The notes under the pieces are model-generated. The model was not told the origin of the DNA. It worked only from the letters and a program-made list of their open reading frames with translations, and ran no database searches. 64,000 nt of DNA from Anaerocolumna sp. (GTDB taxonomy: Bacteria; Bacillota; Clostridia; Lachnospirales; Lachnospiraceae): NCBI GenBank assembly GCA_029256725.1, contig JAQSXJ010000046.1:8641-72640 (forward strand), written 5' to 3'. Each line of letters starts with the position of its first letter. Position 1 is the stretch's first letter. Made by a program: the position numbers and the translations under genes. Of this stretch, positions 35,182 to 47,200 are shown piece by piece.

Positions 35182-35405
35182 AATAATTATAGAAAAAGAG
35201 AGCTTAAAACTCTCTTTTTTTATGCCAAATAACAAAATTAAACAAAGTTGTTAATTTGTTGTAGAAAATATTTACTTTTTTATCGACTTTTGTTATACTA
35301 TGTTTATAAAAGGAAAAATTTATCTTTAAATTTGTCTTTTTATGAAGAAATTAAAAGGCAAATCACATCTAGAAATCTTTAAAATTCTCTGGGGGGGCTT
35401 AACAA

Positions 35406-36428
35406 ATGAAAAGTCAGTATAGCGAAATTTGCGATGACGAAGTGGTAAATGATGTAATAAATATAATGAGTACAGGAAGTTTAATGGAAAAATTAGACAC
35501 CTTAGAGTTTGTGTCAGGTTATTTTAATAAAGATCTTAGAATGACAAAAATTCTTGTTGAAGCCGCAAGAGATGCAGAGAATCCATTACTGAGTGACAGA
35601 GCAAAAGAATTATTTGTAAGAAATATGGATAAGTTCATTACGAAATTTGTTTCAGAACAATATCCTACATTTATAGGTGCTCATTATGAAGATATGATAC
35701 AGGCTGCAAGGATGGGCATAATAATCGGGCTGGAAAAATATAATCCGGAAATAGCGAAACCAACTACTTTTTTTGTGTTATATATTAAACATGAAGTCAG
35801 CCAGTACATAAACAATTATGTGAATGGTTTATCTACATATTATGCAAATGAAAAATATAAGATAAATAAAGCCATCAGTTTATTGGAAAGCGAAAACAAA
35901 GAACCCAATGATATAAACATTGCTGAAATAACGGGGATAACTGTAGAGAATGTAAAGCAGCTTAGAAATATGATAACTTCATCAACAAATGTTGTATATG
36001 ATGAGGTATTTATGAATAAAGCAGACGAACAAGATACACCGGAACAAATAGTACTGAAAAAAGAACTTGGGGAAACAATAAACAATACAATTGAAAAGCA
36101 TTTAACAGATATAGAAAAGAAAATTATTACTATGTATTACGGTCTGTCCGATAACAGTTTTAGTGATGAACAGACAAAGATATTTCCTACGAAAAAAGCG
36201 TTTCGGAATATTAGTGAAACATTAGAAATACCTTATGATAAAGTACGTAAGTATCATGCCAGTGCTTTAAGAAAATTACATATTGCAGTAAACAAGGCTA
36301 ATGTGATAACGGAACTAAGTAAATCCGAAAAAATTCTAAATGCAGGGTATATACCTATTATATCGGAAGAAGAGGGAAAAGAGATTATGAATTCCGATTT
36401 AACAGGGAGTAACCTGGTTAAAGATTAA
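35406..36428 (+). CDS. Sigma-70-family RNA polymerase sigma factor (alternative)
   Basis: Region 2 EDMIQAARMGII.GLEKYNP...PTTF..YIKHE; region 3 IAEITGI; region 4 LTDIEKKII.MYYGL...ISETL......VR....ALRKL. Confidence 0.85.
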   Translation: MKSQYSEICDDEVVNDVINIMSTGSLMEKLDTLEFVSGYFNKDLRMTKILVEAARDAENPLLSDRAKELFVRNMDKFITKFVSEQYPTFIGAHYEDMIQAARMGIIIGLEKYNPEIAKPTTFFVLYIKHEVSQYINNYVNGLSTYYANEKYKINKAISLLESENKEPNDINIAEITGITVENVKQLRNMITSSTNVVYDEVFMNKADEQDTPEQIVLKKELGETINNTIEKHLTDIEKKIITMYYGLSDNSFSDEQTKIFPTKKAFRNISETLEIPYDKVRKYHASALRKLHIAVNKANVITELSKSEKILNAGYIPIISEEEGKEIMNSDLTGSNLVKD

Positions 36429-36852
36429 TTTTTCCTGATAAAACATATGAAAGTAATCTAAATGAAAAGAGGCTGTTGAAAGAATAACCGGAAGAAGCAT
36501 CATAAACAGTTTTCCGGTTAGATTACCGGAAAACAACAGCCTTTTAGAGAAGTCAATACAAATTCTATTACAAGTATATGCTGTACAAGGCAACATTAAT
36601 TATGTTGCTTACAGCATATGAGCAATCTATATTATCCTTTTTTTCTTTCATACACAGAAATATCCTCAGTATTCACCTGAAAATAAAACTTATATATCAT
36701 ATTGTAAGTACAGTGTTTTGTTTACAAACAAATAGTTAGTTAAATTAATTATTATGTTTGTAATTAAAATGTTTGTAATAAAATGTATGTAATTAATACA
36801 AAATGTTATGAACTGGCAAGAGATATGATAAATCAGAAAAGGGGAGATTGGA

Positions 36853-36978
36853 TTGGATATTCTTTGGGCACACATCCACACTTTTGTTACAATTGATTCT
36901 ATTGGTAATAGAACGAATCAGGATATACTTCAGCTGAACCTGAGAAGCGAAAACTTCCCGGAGAATCTGCCATGGTAA
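36853..36978 (+). CDS. Small 41-aa ORF overlapping the toxin 2 start (truncated EsxD-like)
   Basis: GGGGAG RBS, TTG start, MDILWAHIHTFV...ENLPW*; paralog at 52125. Confidence 0.5.
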   Translation: MDILWAHIHTFVTIDSIGNRTNQDILQLNLRSENFPENLPW

Positions 36979-38645
36979 GACAGCTGGAAAGAGAAGTAAT
37001 ACAAAAATACTCATGGCTGGAGAGAGCTAATATTACATCTGGCTACGGGGTTAATCTCCTCTTTGATTTTGCAGATCTGGATGAGCTGTGCAAGGATATT
37101 GAAGGAGAACTGGACTCCAAATCCATAGGTGCAGGTTTTCTTTCTCAAGGGCAACGGATTGATGAGTTTGCAGAACATAGAAGTTCTTTGTTAACCTATA
37201 TTAATGATATATTATATGATATTGATAATTACCTGGAGGATCCTCTTTATAAAGGCTTTAACGAAGCGGTGGATATTATGGCTACCATCGATATGACTGA
37301 CGGAAAGACGGATAATACTCTGGGAGTTCAGAAAAATGTCAACGTAAACGGAGGAGGAAGAGGGTATGGATTTGAGGTAGAGATGCCGGAGCTCAACCTG
37401 GAGGATTTTATAGGCAGCCGCTATGAGGAAACCGAAGGCGGGTCATATGAAAGAAGTACCTATAACCAGAAAGTAGACGACTTTGTGGATTTGTTTGCAA
37501 AAGACTATGAAGATCTGGTTGATAATGGTAAAATAGATTCAGATGAGAGAAGTCTGCAGGAGTATCTGGATAGTCTTATCTTAAGAGAATTCGCCCATAA
37601 AAAAGATTCGCCGTTTTGGAAGGAATTATTGGAGCAGTTAAGTGATCTGACCATTGTGATACCCATATACGAAGCGGCAACCGGGAAAACACTGATTACA
37701 GGAGATTATTTAACGGATACGGAAGGAGCTTTTAAACTGGTATCTGCGACAGTAAGCCTGGTGACTTTAGGACAAGGTGCCCTGGCTGGTAAGGGAGGAG
37801 TGGCGTTTGCTAAAATGTTTGCTGCGGAAGTCGTGTCGGAAGCTGCAGCAGGTACAACCGTAATCGTTTGTGACAAAGCGGGAGTGCCTTCGGCTGTAAC
37901 CATTTCCTTAGCATTACTGCTTGGTACAACAGCAGGTATGGCAGCCAACAAAGCACTGTTGCCGGAGGATTTCAGTAAATGGATGACAAAAGAAGAGGCG
38001 AGCCGGTATAGTCGGTATTGGTCTGATGTGCAAGGCAGACAGGGACTTAATGATTATAATTATTACGGTACTCTGGGAGATTCGTATTATAAGGATCTTA
38101 CTGTGAATGGGAAGTATAAGGATTTTGATTTTTCTTCTTTTGAGGGTTCGGGGAGCAGCGGAAGTAAGATAAATCCTTTGGATGACCCTAATATTGCAAA
38201 GGATGTTGTCACAGATCCAAATGCAGTTTATGGATATAAACCAAAGGAAGGTTCGTCATTAGACCAGTTTGATATAGACTGGAGTAATTCCGATGAAGTA
38301 GACAAGGCAAGGGCAGCAAGGCTTGAATATTTAGAAGCAATGGAAGCAAAGAAGACAAAATTGAGTGTAGAAGTTGATAATTATTTGACTGAAGGAAAAA
38401 GCATGAGTGAAATTGCTGAAATGAAAGTGAACCAAAGGAACATAGATAGAATAAATTCCTATATTGAGAGAAGGGATTATGGAAATCTTGAGAAGTTATA
38501 TGAGCGAAATCTTCTTGAATATGGACAAAAAGAAGGTCCAACTGTGCAGCAATTATACGAAAAATACGGTTCGTATGAAGATGTGATTTATTCAAGTGTC
38601 AAGGTAAATAAAGGTATGAATGTGATTTTAGGAATAGAAAATTAG
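36972..38645 (+). CDS. T7SS polymorphic toxin 2 (intact), C-terminal toxin domain of unknown family
   Basis: Trunk nearly identical to the 52253 copy up to DFSSFEGSG, then unrelated sequence; PT-TG-like EAATGKTLITGDYL. Confidence 0.85.
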   Translation: MVRQLEREVIQKYSWLERANITSGYGVNLLFDFADLDELCKDIEGELDSKSIGAGFLSQGQRIDEFAEHRSSLLTYINDILYDIDNYLEDPLYKGFNEAVDIMATIDMTDGKTDNTLGVQKNVNVNGGGRGYGFEVEMPELNLEDFIGSRYEETEGGSYERSTYNQKVDDFVDLFAKDYEDLVDNGKIDSDERSLQEYLDSLILREFAHKKDSPFWKELLEQLSDLTIVIPIYEAATGKTLITGDYLTDTEGAFKLVSATVSLVTLGQGALAGKGGVAFAKMFAAEVVSEAAAGTTVIVCDKAGVPSAVTISLALLLGTTAGMAANKALLPEDFSKWMTKEEASRYSRYWSDVQGRQGLNDYNYYGTLGDSYYKDLTVNGKYKDFDFSSFEGSGSSGSKINPLDDPNIAKDVVTDPNAVYGYKPKEGSSLDQFDIDWSNSDEVDKARAARLEYLEAMEAKKTKLSVEVDNYLTEGKSMSEIAEMKVNQRNIDRINSYIERRDYGNLEKLYERNLLEYGQKEGPTVQQLYEKYGSYEDVIYSSVKVNKGMNVILGIEN

Positions 38646-38655
38646 AGGAGGTATT

Positions 38656-39006
38656 ATGGATTTAGAAAGAGAGAAAGAAGAAACTAAATGGTTTAGAATA
38701 GATGGCTTAAGAATCAAACAAACATGCAAAGGGAGGGAAACACAAGTTTCAGTTATTCTTGATGGATATAATATTTGCTTTAAATTGATGCTGTTTGACT
38801 TTCTTAATCATATAAAAGAAGATTTAGCATTAGATGTCAAGATAGCAAAAATATGGAACAACCAGCGTGTTTTTATGATTGATACAAAGTATGCATCAGA
38901 TTTAATTAATTATATCGTATCATTTATGGAAGAATGGAATATAAAAATAAGTGAAAGTACAGTTTCTGCTTCGGATGTGATTTCTGATGAGTTGTGGTAT
39001 AGCTAA
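38656..39006 (+). CDS. Putative immunity protein for toxin 2
   Basis: Small gene 10 bp after the toxin with GGAGG RBS. Confidence 0.7.
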   Translation: MDLEREKEETKWFRIDGLRIKQTCKGRETQVSVILDGYNICFKLMLFDFLNHIKEDLALDVKIAKIWNNQRVFMIDTKYASDLINYIVSFMEEWNIKISESTVSASDVISDELWYS

Positions 39007-39129
39007 AATATTAAAACAGCGAATACTAAACAATAATATTCTGAGCAAAAAATTTAATATAATTTAAGTATTCAAAAATTAGGTCAATAAAGCTTGATTT
39101 TCCGTTGCTTTTCTATATTTTGACACAAC

Positions 39130-39250
39130 AGATTTGCCCATATCTGCGAAAAAGGAGGAGCACCATAAGGTGCACCAGCCTTTGTAAATTATTATATGCG
39201 AGAAATCGGTGAAGGAAAGACAAAATCTCTTTTCAAAAATAAACCAGAAT
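39130..39250 (+). pseudogene. Remnant of the same IS110 transposase (3' part)
   Basis: TATTATATGCGAGAAATCGGTGAAGGAAAGACAAAATCT (39190-39228) versus TATTACATGCGAAAAATCGGTGAAGGAAAGACAAAGTCT in the intact copy near 60322. Confidence 0.75.
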
Positions 39251-39549
39251 GACTTAAATTCATTTTATAACATTTAAGTTAATGGAACAGTTTGGAAATG
39301 TTATGTTGATATTTGACATATTCTATAGTATTATTTATTATACAGTTTTAATTAATACATAACGATAGTAGTTCGTAATAAAAATAAGAAGGAAAAATGC
39401 CTTTAAGTTCCTGTTTAGAGGATATGTAAACTTCATAGCATCAGCATTTCAAAAGTAAAGTCTGGAGTGTAAAATAATATATAAAAAATCCTTTAAACAA
39501 AAGATTTTTTAAAAGATACCATATAAATATATATTTAAAGGGGATAAAC

Positions 39550-41082
39550 ATGAAAAAAAAATTGAAATATTTATTAGGAGTAACTTGGATTCTTTTCCTC
39601 ATGTTCCAGTACTCTAATAAAGCTGTTAATGCCAGTACCTTAGAATCCGTAACGGATGCAGACGGTTTTGTAATTGAAAACGGTTTTATTCTGGTTGATT
39701 ATGTTGGAACTGCAAAAGATATTGTAATTCCGGACAATGTTACTATCATGTTTGAAGCTTGTATGGGATCAACTGATATAGATAGTGTAGTCATACCAAG
39801 TACTGTAGAAGTAATGGGTGAATATGTATTTACACATAGTAAAGTAAAGAAGGTAGTGTTTCAGGAAGGGAGCGAGATTGAAGAACTTCCGGGTGGTACA
39901 TTTAGTTCCTGTAAGAACTTAAAGGAAGTGCAATTACCAAAAAGTCTTAAAATTATTGGAAGAGGAGAATTTCAGAATTCTGGTATAAAATCTATAGAGA
40001 TACCTGACGGAGTTACCATAATAGAAGGAGGAGCTTTTAGCGGTTCGGCTTTAACGAAAGTCGTTTTCCCTGATAGTCTTGAAGCGATTAATTCCACAGC
40101 ATTCTATGAATGTAAACAACTAAAGGATTTGAGGTTTCCAAAAAACTTAAAAAAAATAGGGGATAACGCTTTTGTGTTATGTGATAAACTGACTTCCATT
40201 GAACTTCCTGAAAGTACAACTGATATAAGTCAATATGCATTTTATTTGTGTAGTGGTTTAAAAACCGTAAAGATAAAAGGAAATATCAAAGAATTACCCA
40301 AAGGAATATTTGGTGGTTGTGTGAGTTTGACAAGTATTACATATCCGGATAGTGTCGAGAAAATAGGAGATTCGGCATTTTCAGATACTGGCTTTAAGAC
40401 GTTACCTATATCTAAGAATATAAAAACTATTGGGGCTAGCGCTTTTATTAATAATACGGTTACATCTGTTAAGATACCTGATAGCGTTGAGACCATTGAA
40501 GCTTATGCATTTTATAATTCCTCGGATTTGAAGACAGTATATCTACCTAAAAGTGTTACTTCCATAGGCAGCAGAGTATTTGGTCAATGCTGGAATTTGG
40601 AAAAATTAACCGTTATGAATCCTTTGTGTAAAGTGTATTCATATCAGAGTGATAACATGTTCTTTAAAGGCAGCAAAGCAAATATGCTGAAAAAGGTAAA
40701 GGTATACGGATATAAAGGATCTGCGACAGCGGAACTGTGCTCCTTGTATAATATAAAATTCATATCAATTGATAAAACAGAAATGGATTACCCTGAACTT
40801 AAAAATGTAAAGGAAACTAAGATTGAAGTAAAGAAAGACAATTATTCGTTAAAAATGGGCAAGGAATTAAAGATACCATATAAAGTTACAAATGCAAATG
40901 GATACAAGGTTAAGGTTACGGGAGGTGTTGAATACTTTGATGGGTTGGGATATGAAGTTGTCAAAGTCGTTAAAATAACCGATGATTATATACTTGTTAA
41001 AGGAGGCATATGGCCCGGAACTGTAACAATATCCATTCGAGTAGGTTTTAGCTCAAAAGCGATTAAGATTAATGTAAAATAA
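39550..41082 (+). CDS. Secreted BspA-type leucine-rich repeat surface protein
   Basis: Signal peptide; repeated LxxVxLPxSLxxIGxxAFxxC units. Confidence 0.92.
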   Translation: MKKKLKYLLGVTWILFLMFQYSNKAVNASTLESVTDADGFVIENGFILVDYVGTAKDIVIPDNVTIMFEACMGSTDIDSVVIPSTVEVMGEYVFTHSKVKKVVFQEGSEIEELPGGTFSSCKNLKEVQLPKSLKIIGRGEFQNSGIKSIEIPDGVTIIEGGAFSGSALTKVVFPDSLEAINSTAFYECKQLKDLRFPKNLKKIGDNAFVLCDKLTSIELPESTTDISQYAFYLCSGLKTVKIKGNIKELPKGIFGGCVSLTSITYPDSVEKIGDSAFSDTGFKTLPISKNIKTIGASAFINNTVTSVKIPDSVETIEAYAFYNSSDLKTVYLPKSVTSIGSRVFGQCWNLEKLTVMNPLCKVYSYQSDNMFFKGSKANMLKKVKVYGYKGSATAELCSLYNIKFISIDKTEMDYPELKNVKETKIEVKKDNYSLKMGKELKIPYKVTNANGYKVKVTGGVEYFDGLGYEVVKVVKITDDYILVKGGIWPGTVTISIRVGFSSKAIKINVK

Positions 41083-41095
41083 TAGAGATATTACT

Positions 41096-41128
41096 AATTG
41101 GCTTCTTTGCAAAGAAGCCAATTTTTTT
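41096..41128 (+). terminator. Rho-independent terminator
   Basis: AATTGGCTTCTTTGCAAAGAAGCCAATT palindrome followed by a T-run. Confidence 0.85.
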
Positions 41129-41229
41129 GTCTAAAATTAATGAAATTTACACTGGAAGTAAAATTATTAATCATATTATATACGGCAAACAAGAAAATAA
41201 ACAAAATGTAAAGAAAGGAGGCAAACAAA

Positions 41230-44200
41230 ATGTTTTACAATTTACGGAGAATATCTAAAGTATTAAATAGATCAAACAGGAATTCAAAACATAAATTTAT
41301 AATAGCAGTTGCTCTATCCATTCTTAGTCTGGTATTTCTGTTACTTATAACAGAAAACCATGCACAATCAAAGTCAGAATCTTATGTACTTGGTAAACAG
41401 GGAGGGGCAGTTGTTGCAGGAACTAAAAGTGGTAATGCATCGATTTGGCCGATAACGCATCCCGCATTTATAGTAAGTTTTTATCCGACAAAAATATCTA
41501 CAGCAGATCAGGATGGTTTTAAAAAAACAGTAGATTCTATAAAATATGTCATACCATATGCTAATTCGAATGCACTATGGATAAGCTCCAATAGTTTATC
41601 GGAATATCTGGAGGATAAAGGATTTAATACAAAAAAACAGGTATACAAGGCAAGAAGAAGCAGTCTAAATGGTTCTATGATGCTATATGGAGGAATCAAC
41701 GATCCTGAAACGACCGAAAGCATTATCTACTTTGATTCAAGCCATAGAACAAATAAGAATCCTGCTAAAAATGGTGTTTTCTATCAGAATGTACTGGGGT
41801 TATATATTAAGAATAACCGTAATTTTGCAGCTCTTTCCAAAGATCCGGATTTTGCGAAATTATTAGAGAAACCATCTGCTGCTAAAATAGACGAATCGTT
41901 AAAGGTATGGTCATTTATTACGGATACCAATACACAAGGAACCAGTTCCACGGGATATACTTACACCGTAGATATTAAAAAGAAGATGGAAGAATTTATG
42001 AATTACAGTTCTTTTCCGGAAAAATTCATAGTATCAAAGTGGGAAGAAGAACGTAAGACAAGTTATGATACAAAGGGTCTTGACAGTAAAGGAAAGTTAA
42101 ATGATTACAGTATAACAGTTATAGAAGAATTAGACTTAAGATATCTGGACCTATTAATGACACTAAATGCAATCGCTAATAATCGTACATATTGGCAGAA
42201 CGGTATTAAAAGCTATATGAAGGACAACAAAGGAGAGGCCACTCTTTCTATTACCCATAGTATGGTTGCTAGGCTTGAGAGCTTAAGTACAAAAGGCGGT
42301 GATGTGGAACCTGCAACTGTATTTGTCTCTAGCAATGACCTTACGCAGACTGCTTATAATGTTAAGAGTGATAATAATTTATCAGATTTAATAGCATCTA
42401 AAAAAGTTGCAGAGATTGTAAATAGTAAAGTCTATAATACAAGATTAAAAAAGGCAGTTGAATTATCGAAATCAAGTACCTATAAGAATACGGGAATTTA
42501 TTCAACCGCTATAATTAGCCGTATTTTATCCGAAGAAGTAAGAAAGGTAAAGGATGGTAAGCTGGTTTGGGGAGATTCCTATAATGATGCGGAATTGATA
42601 AAACTTCTCAGGTTTCAGGTTGATGAGAAGTCCACACCCTGGTATGGAGCCAATTGGGTTTTAGAGCCGCCTATTGCAGGATCCACAGTTAATTATAAGG
42701 CAGAATTGAAATTAGATTCGAATGATTATAACACCAATAAAGGAAAAACGGGTCCAATATATGAGGTAAAGAAAAACATTGATTTAAAGAAATATTACAC
42801 TAAAACAAATCCGGAAAAACTAACGGAGAAAATTGTTATAACAGAAGATGTGGTTAATGTCCAGGTGACGTTGACTGCGCTTACCATTGATGGGAAAAAA
42901 ACTGGAACAACTGCTATAAATCAATGGAAGACGTTTATTGCTCAAAATAATATAAAAAAATTCCGAGTTAAGGTTCAACTATGGAGGGATAACAAAGGGA
43001 CAGATTTTGATACGGTACCATTAGGTGATAAAGAGTTTCCCCAAACACATACAGATTCAGAGACTTGGAATAAAACGACTACATGGCAGGAGTTTACAAC
43101 GGATGAATTATTGAAAGCCCTGGAAGGAAAAGGAGCAATTGGACAGTGGACAGATGAAACTATTGCAAATCTTACAGTTAAGTCTTCAAAATCCGTATCT
43201 TATCAAGCCAAGGTGTACCTGCAATATAAAGCGCAGGATAAGAATTGGTACTATACTACAGGCAAATTAGATAATGATACAGATGAGACAAAGAAAAAGT
43301 TGGTTATCAGTGAGGTAAATGAAACGCTGGCAGAAATAAGAAAAACAAATAAAGCGAATCTCACATATAGTTGGGAACCAACCCTAACTACAATAACTCC
43401 AACTCCAACTACGGAAATCGATTATCCAACAGATTCCTGGGCTTCAAGGGAACCATCTCTTGCCTATGCAGAGATTAAGGAAGGAACTATTTACAATGAG
43501 ACATTTGAGGCAATGGCAGGTGTTCCTTCAACCAGAACCTTATATTTTTCCTCAGGTGGCAATGAATTCATGGCTGACCTGCAGGTGGACTATGAGCATG
43601 ATACAACAGCTACTAGAGAATATATCACTCATTACAACGGAACAGAATGCGAATATAAGGAAAATGATAAGTTAATAGGAGGCACAGGTAAATATTCCGA
43701 AAATCTGACCTTTGTAGGAGATTCGACGGGTAAAACGATCAGCAAGTCCGTAACGGCAGAATCCTCTCAGATTGCAACACCAGAAGGCAACAGCTCCGGT
43801 AACATTACCGTAAGCGGCCATACTAGTGAGACCAATTTATGGGCGGAGTGGACAGGCAGTATAGACAATGGGACCCAGGAGCCTTCCGATAGCGGAAGCT
43901 TTGATGCCGGGAAAGCCGGCACACCTTGTGCCGGAAAGGACTTTGATGTAGGAAAGCTTAGAACAAAAGCAGACCCCTCCACAGACTGGAAAGTAGATGC
44001 TTATAATAAGGCATTGGAGCAGGCCACAAAGTGGGCAACGGATATGGAAGCCACCAACAGCAGCTATACCGTCCAGAAAATTGCAGACAGTGACGGACAG
44101 GCCAGACAGTACAAGGTAGGTAATGCCATCATTACAATTACCGTAGCAGGGGGAAGTAATGGATACACCAATACGACCCAAAGAAGCTATGGCGGCGGGA

Positions 44201-47200
44201 CTTATTCTTCCTCCAGTGCTTCAGCTGCTTCATTAAATAGCAATGATAAAGGGAAATTAGGCAGCGGTTGGGGTTGGAGCCCCGGTAAATTGGGCTTTGG
44301 AAGCGGTTACTCTGATTGCGGTCATGGTCACGGAGCTACAGGCTGGCACACAGAACCGAAAGCAGCAGTACCGCCGGATAAGGACGGGAATGGCGGCAGC
44401 CCTGCGGTTCCGGGTGTTGAACACTCACATAACTGTGGTAGCTTTACAAATGCCGTGGATATAACCCAGGGTGCCTCCGGTACAATTAATTATACGATCA
44501 AGGTGACTTTCCAAAATGGTACCCTTACCTCAAGCAATTATGATGGGAATGCCTCGGATGTGGCAGCAACTACGAAGACCGGGCTTCCAAGCTTACCGGC
44601 GCATGCTTTATGCGGTCCCTGTTGTGCGCATGATCTGCCGGCTATTGAAGATGTTTGGACCCAGGATCTGACCTATGATACTATTAAGATAACAAAGAGT
44701 AATGTTTATAAGCTTCAGAACGGTTATGTCACCGAGATGTCGGATATCACCTATGACGGAAAAGATAACATTATTGCAGGCATAACAAAGGGTGACCCGA
44801 ATATTTTTTACAACATAGCAGCCTATAATAATCCGACCTATAACACGGACAAGAAATTGACAAATGGTTCACAGATCGGCAGAATCAGATATTCGCTGCA
44901 AGAAGCTCAAGGGGATAAGGTGTATTATGAAGAAATGTCAAGCGGAGCATATAAGAGAACAAATAAATGCGATGGTTTAGCAAAGGTGCAGAGCCCAATG
45001 AACCCGGCTCCACCGGCTAAGACGGGACATGAACTGGGATATGCCTCCGGTATTTTATATAGTAACGGAAAGACCGCAGGCTTTGGAACGGCACCGGCAG
45101 TAAACATAACCACGGAAGACTTCGTATCAGACAATACTGCAACGGCTGCAACACCCAAGACCGCATATGGGAATAAACTGGATTCCAGGGATCTGACAAC
45201 AGAGGAATGGAAGCGCTTCTACACAAGACGTACCCAGCCGGTAACGGCTACTGTAATCTCAGATATGCTTATCTTACAGACCTCCAGTGGAGACCAGAGT
45301 CCAGTCTATTACGAAGAGAATACGAAAGCCGTGAAAGCCCAGGAGGATTTCAATTCCTTACAAGCTTCGGGAGATGTTGACAAAGCTTCCACCCAGGAGC
45401 AGGTTGATGCGAAATGGAATAAAATGTGGACCAATAATGCCACTACCTTTGCAAAAGCTATAGAGACGGCGATTAATGTAGGTTCCTATAACGGGAAATA
45501 TGATCAGACTTCATCTAAATATAAGGGGACAGGAGATAACGCCAGAATAGCTACGAGATTCGACAATGATATATCCGTCTTCTCATCACCCAGGGATGAA
45601 TTGGGACTGGCTCGTGTAACAAGTAACCAAACCATTACAAGGCCTGCCTATGGCACTTCCAATATAGCCTCTCCGGGAAAGGCGCAGGCACGTATGAACC
45701 GAGAAAATGACTTGCTTCTGTTCTTAGATAAGATAAAGCAGGATCCGACAAACAGTAATGATGAATATATAACCGGTGATTCTTTTGTATTCTATATCCC
45801 TATTTTAAAATATAAAATAGTCGGAGATACTGTAGTAACAGTACCGGAGGATGCAGGAGAAAGTAAAGACGTTGGGGAGGGAGAAGAGAACGCAGATGAC
45901 GGAACTGCCGATGAGGATGAGATACCGGACGCTTTTGAAGAAGAAGAAAGCGATATATTGGTAGAAGGTGGATATAATTATGGTCCCGGACTAATCTATG
46001 AGTCCAAATATTCAGCTTACGATGATAATTCAGATTATAAAGTGAACAACTTTATTGTATTAAATGCAGTTTCAGCACAGGATGCAATGATAGTCAAGTC
46101 AGAGGTTGAGAATCAGCGTACAGAAGAAGGGATTGTAAAGGATGCCATGGAAACCCTTAAGGCACTTGAGAAATGCCCGGGTACACCTGCTCTGTGTGAA
46201 TACAGAGTGCTGAATTGTAAGTATACATTGGATACCACCAGCCTTTCCTTTGACTTTGATAAAAAGGAGACGGAAAATGTATTTGATGATGATGCATCTG
46301 GTACAGCGGATGAATACATAACGAACAAAATCATCAATACAGATGGTGCCCATACGAACTATAAGTTGCCAGAAGGATTCACATTGACATCAGGTGATGG
46401 AACTTATTCCGGTTTTGGTACGGGACAGTTTCTGAAAGTGGCAGGAGCAGGTACTAGCCTTAATTTCTCCTACAATGACTGTAAGATTTACCTGACACCC
46501 ACTTCCAGAGTCAAAATATCCGCGGATGTCTATATACCGGCAGCACCGGCATCCAATACCATGCTGTTCTCAATCGGTGGAGTGGGATTATATCTTCCGG
46601 CAAATACCGGCTCCCCTGTGTTTATTACAAGTACAGGAGAAAAGCGGACTTCATCAGCAAATATCCTGGGACGTAAAGTCAAAGTAGCAGCTACCTTCAG
46701 TCTTGGGTCCTTGTATGACTGTGAATTATCCATAGATGGTACAAAGGTCATAGCACAGATCACAACAGGACTTACGGAGGCTCAGATTGCAGCCGCTGCA
46801 ATTGATGAAACCATGAGAGGTGACGGTATTAACATTGGTTGCTGGGAATACAATACTTCATATGCAACGAATTTCTATACAGATAATATAGTAATTACCA
46901 GATGCGGAGGAACTCTGGAACATACGGCAAGCTGCTATACGACCTATAAAAAGGCTAATCCGGTTTATCAGGATTTGTATAACGGTATACCGATAAAGAA
47001 AGATTCAACAAAAGTAACCACAATCGATTGGGCAGGTGCCTTCAATGACGGATCCTATGGTATCGTATCCAATTACTCTAAGCACGTTCATGATTCTTCC
47101 TGCCTGACCATAAACAGTGAAGGATACCAAATTGCATTGGCAGAAGCAAAAGCCGGTAACTGGACGTCTTTAAAGAAAGAGCTTGGAACGGAGCTTTTTA

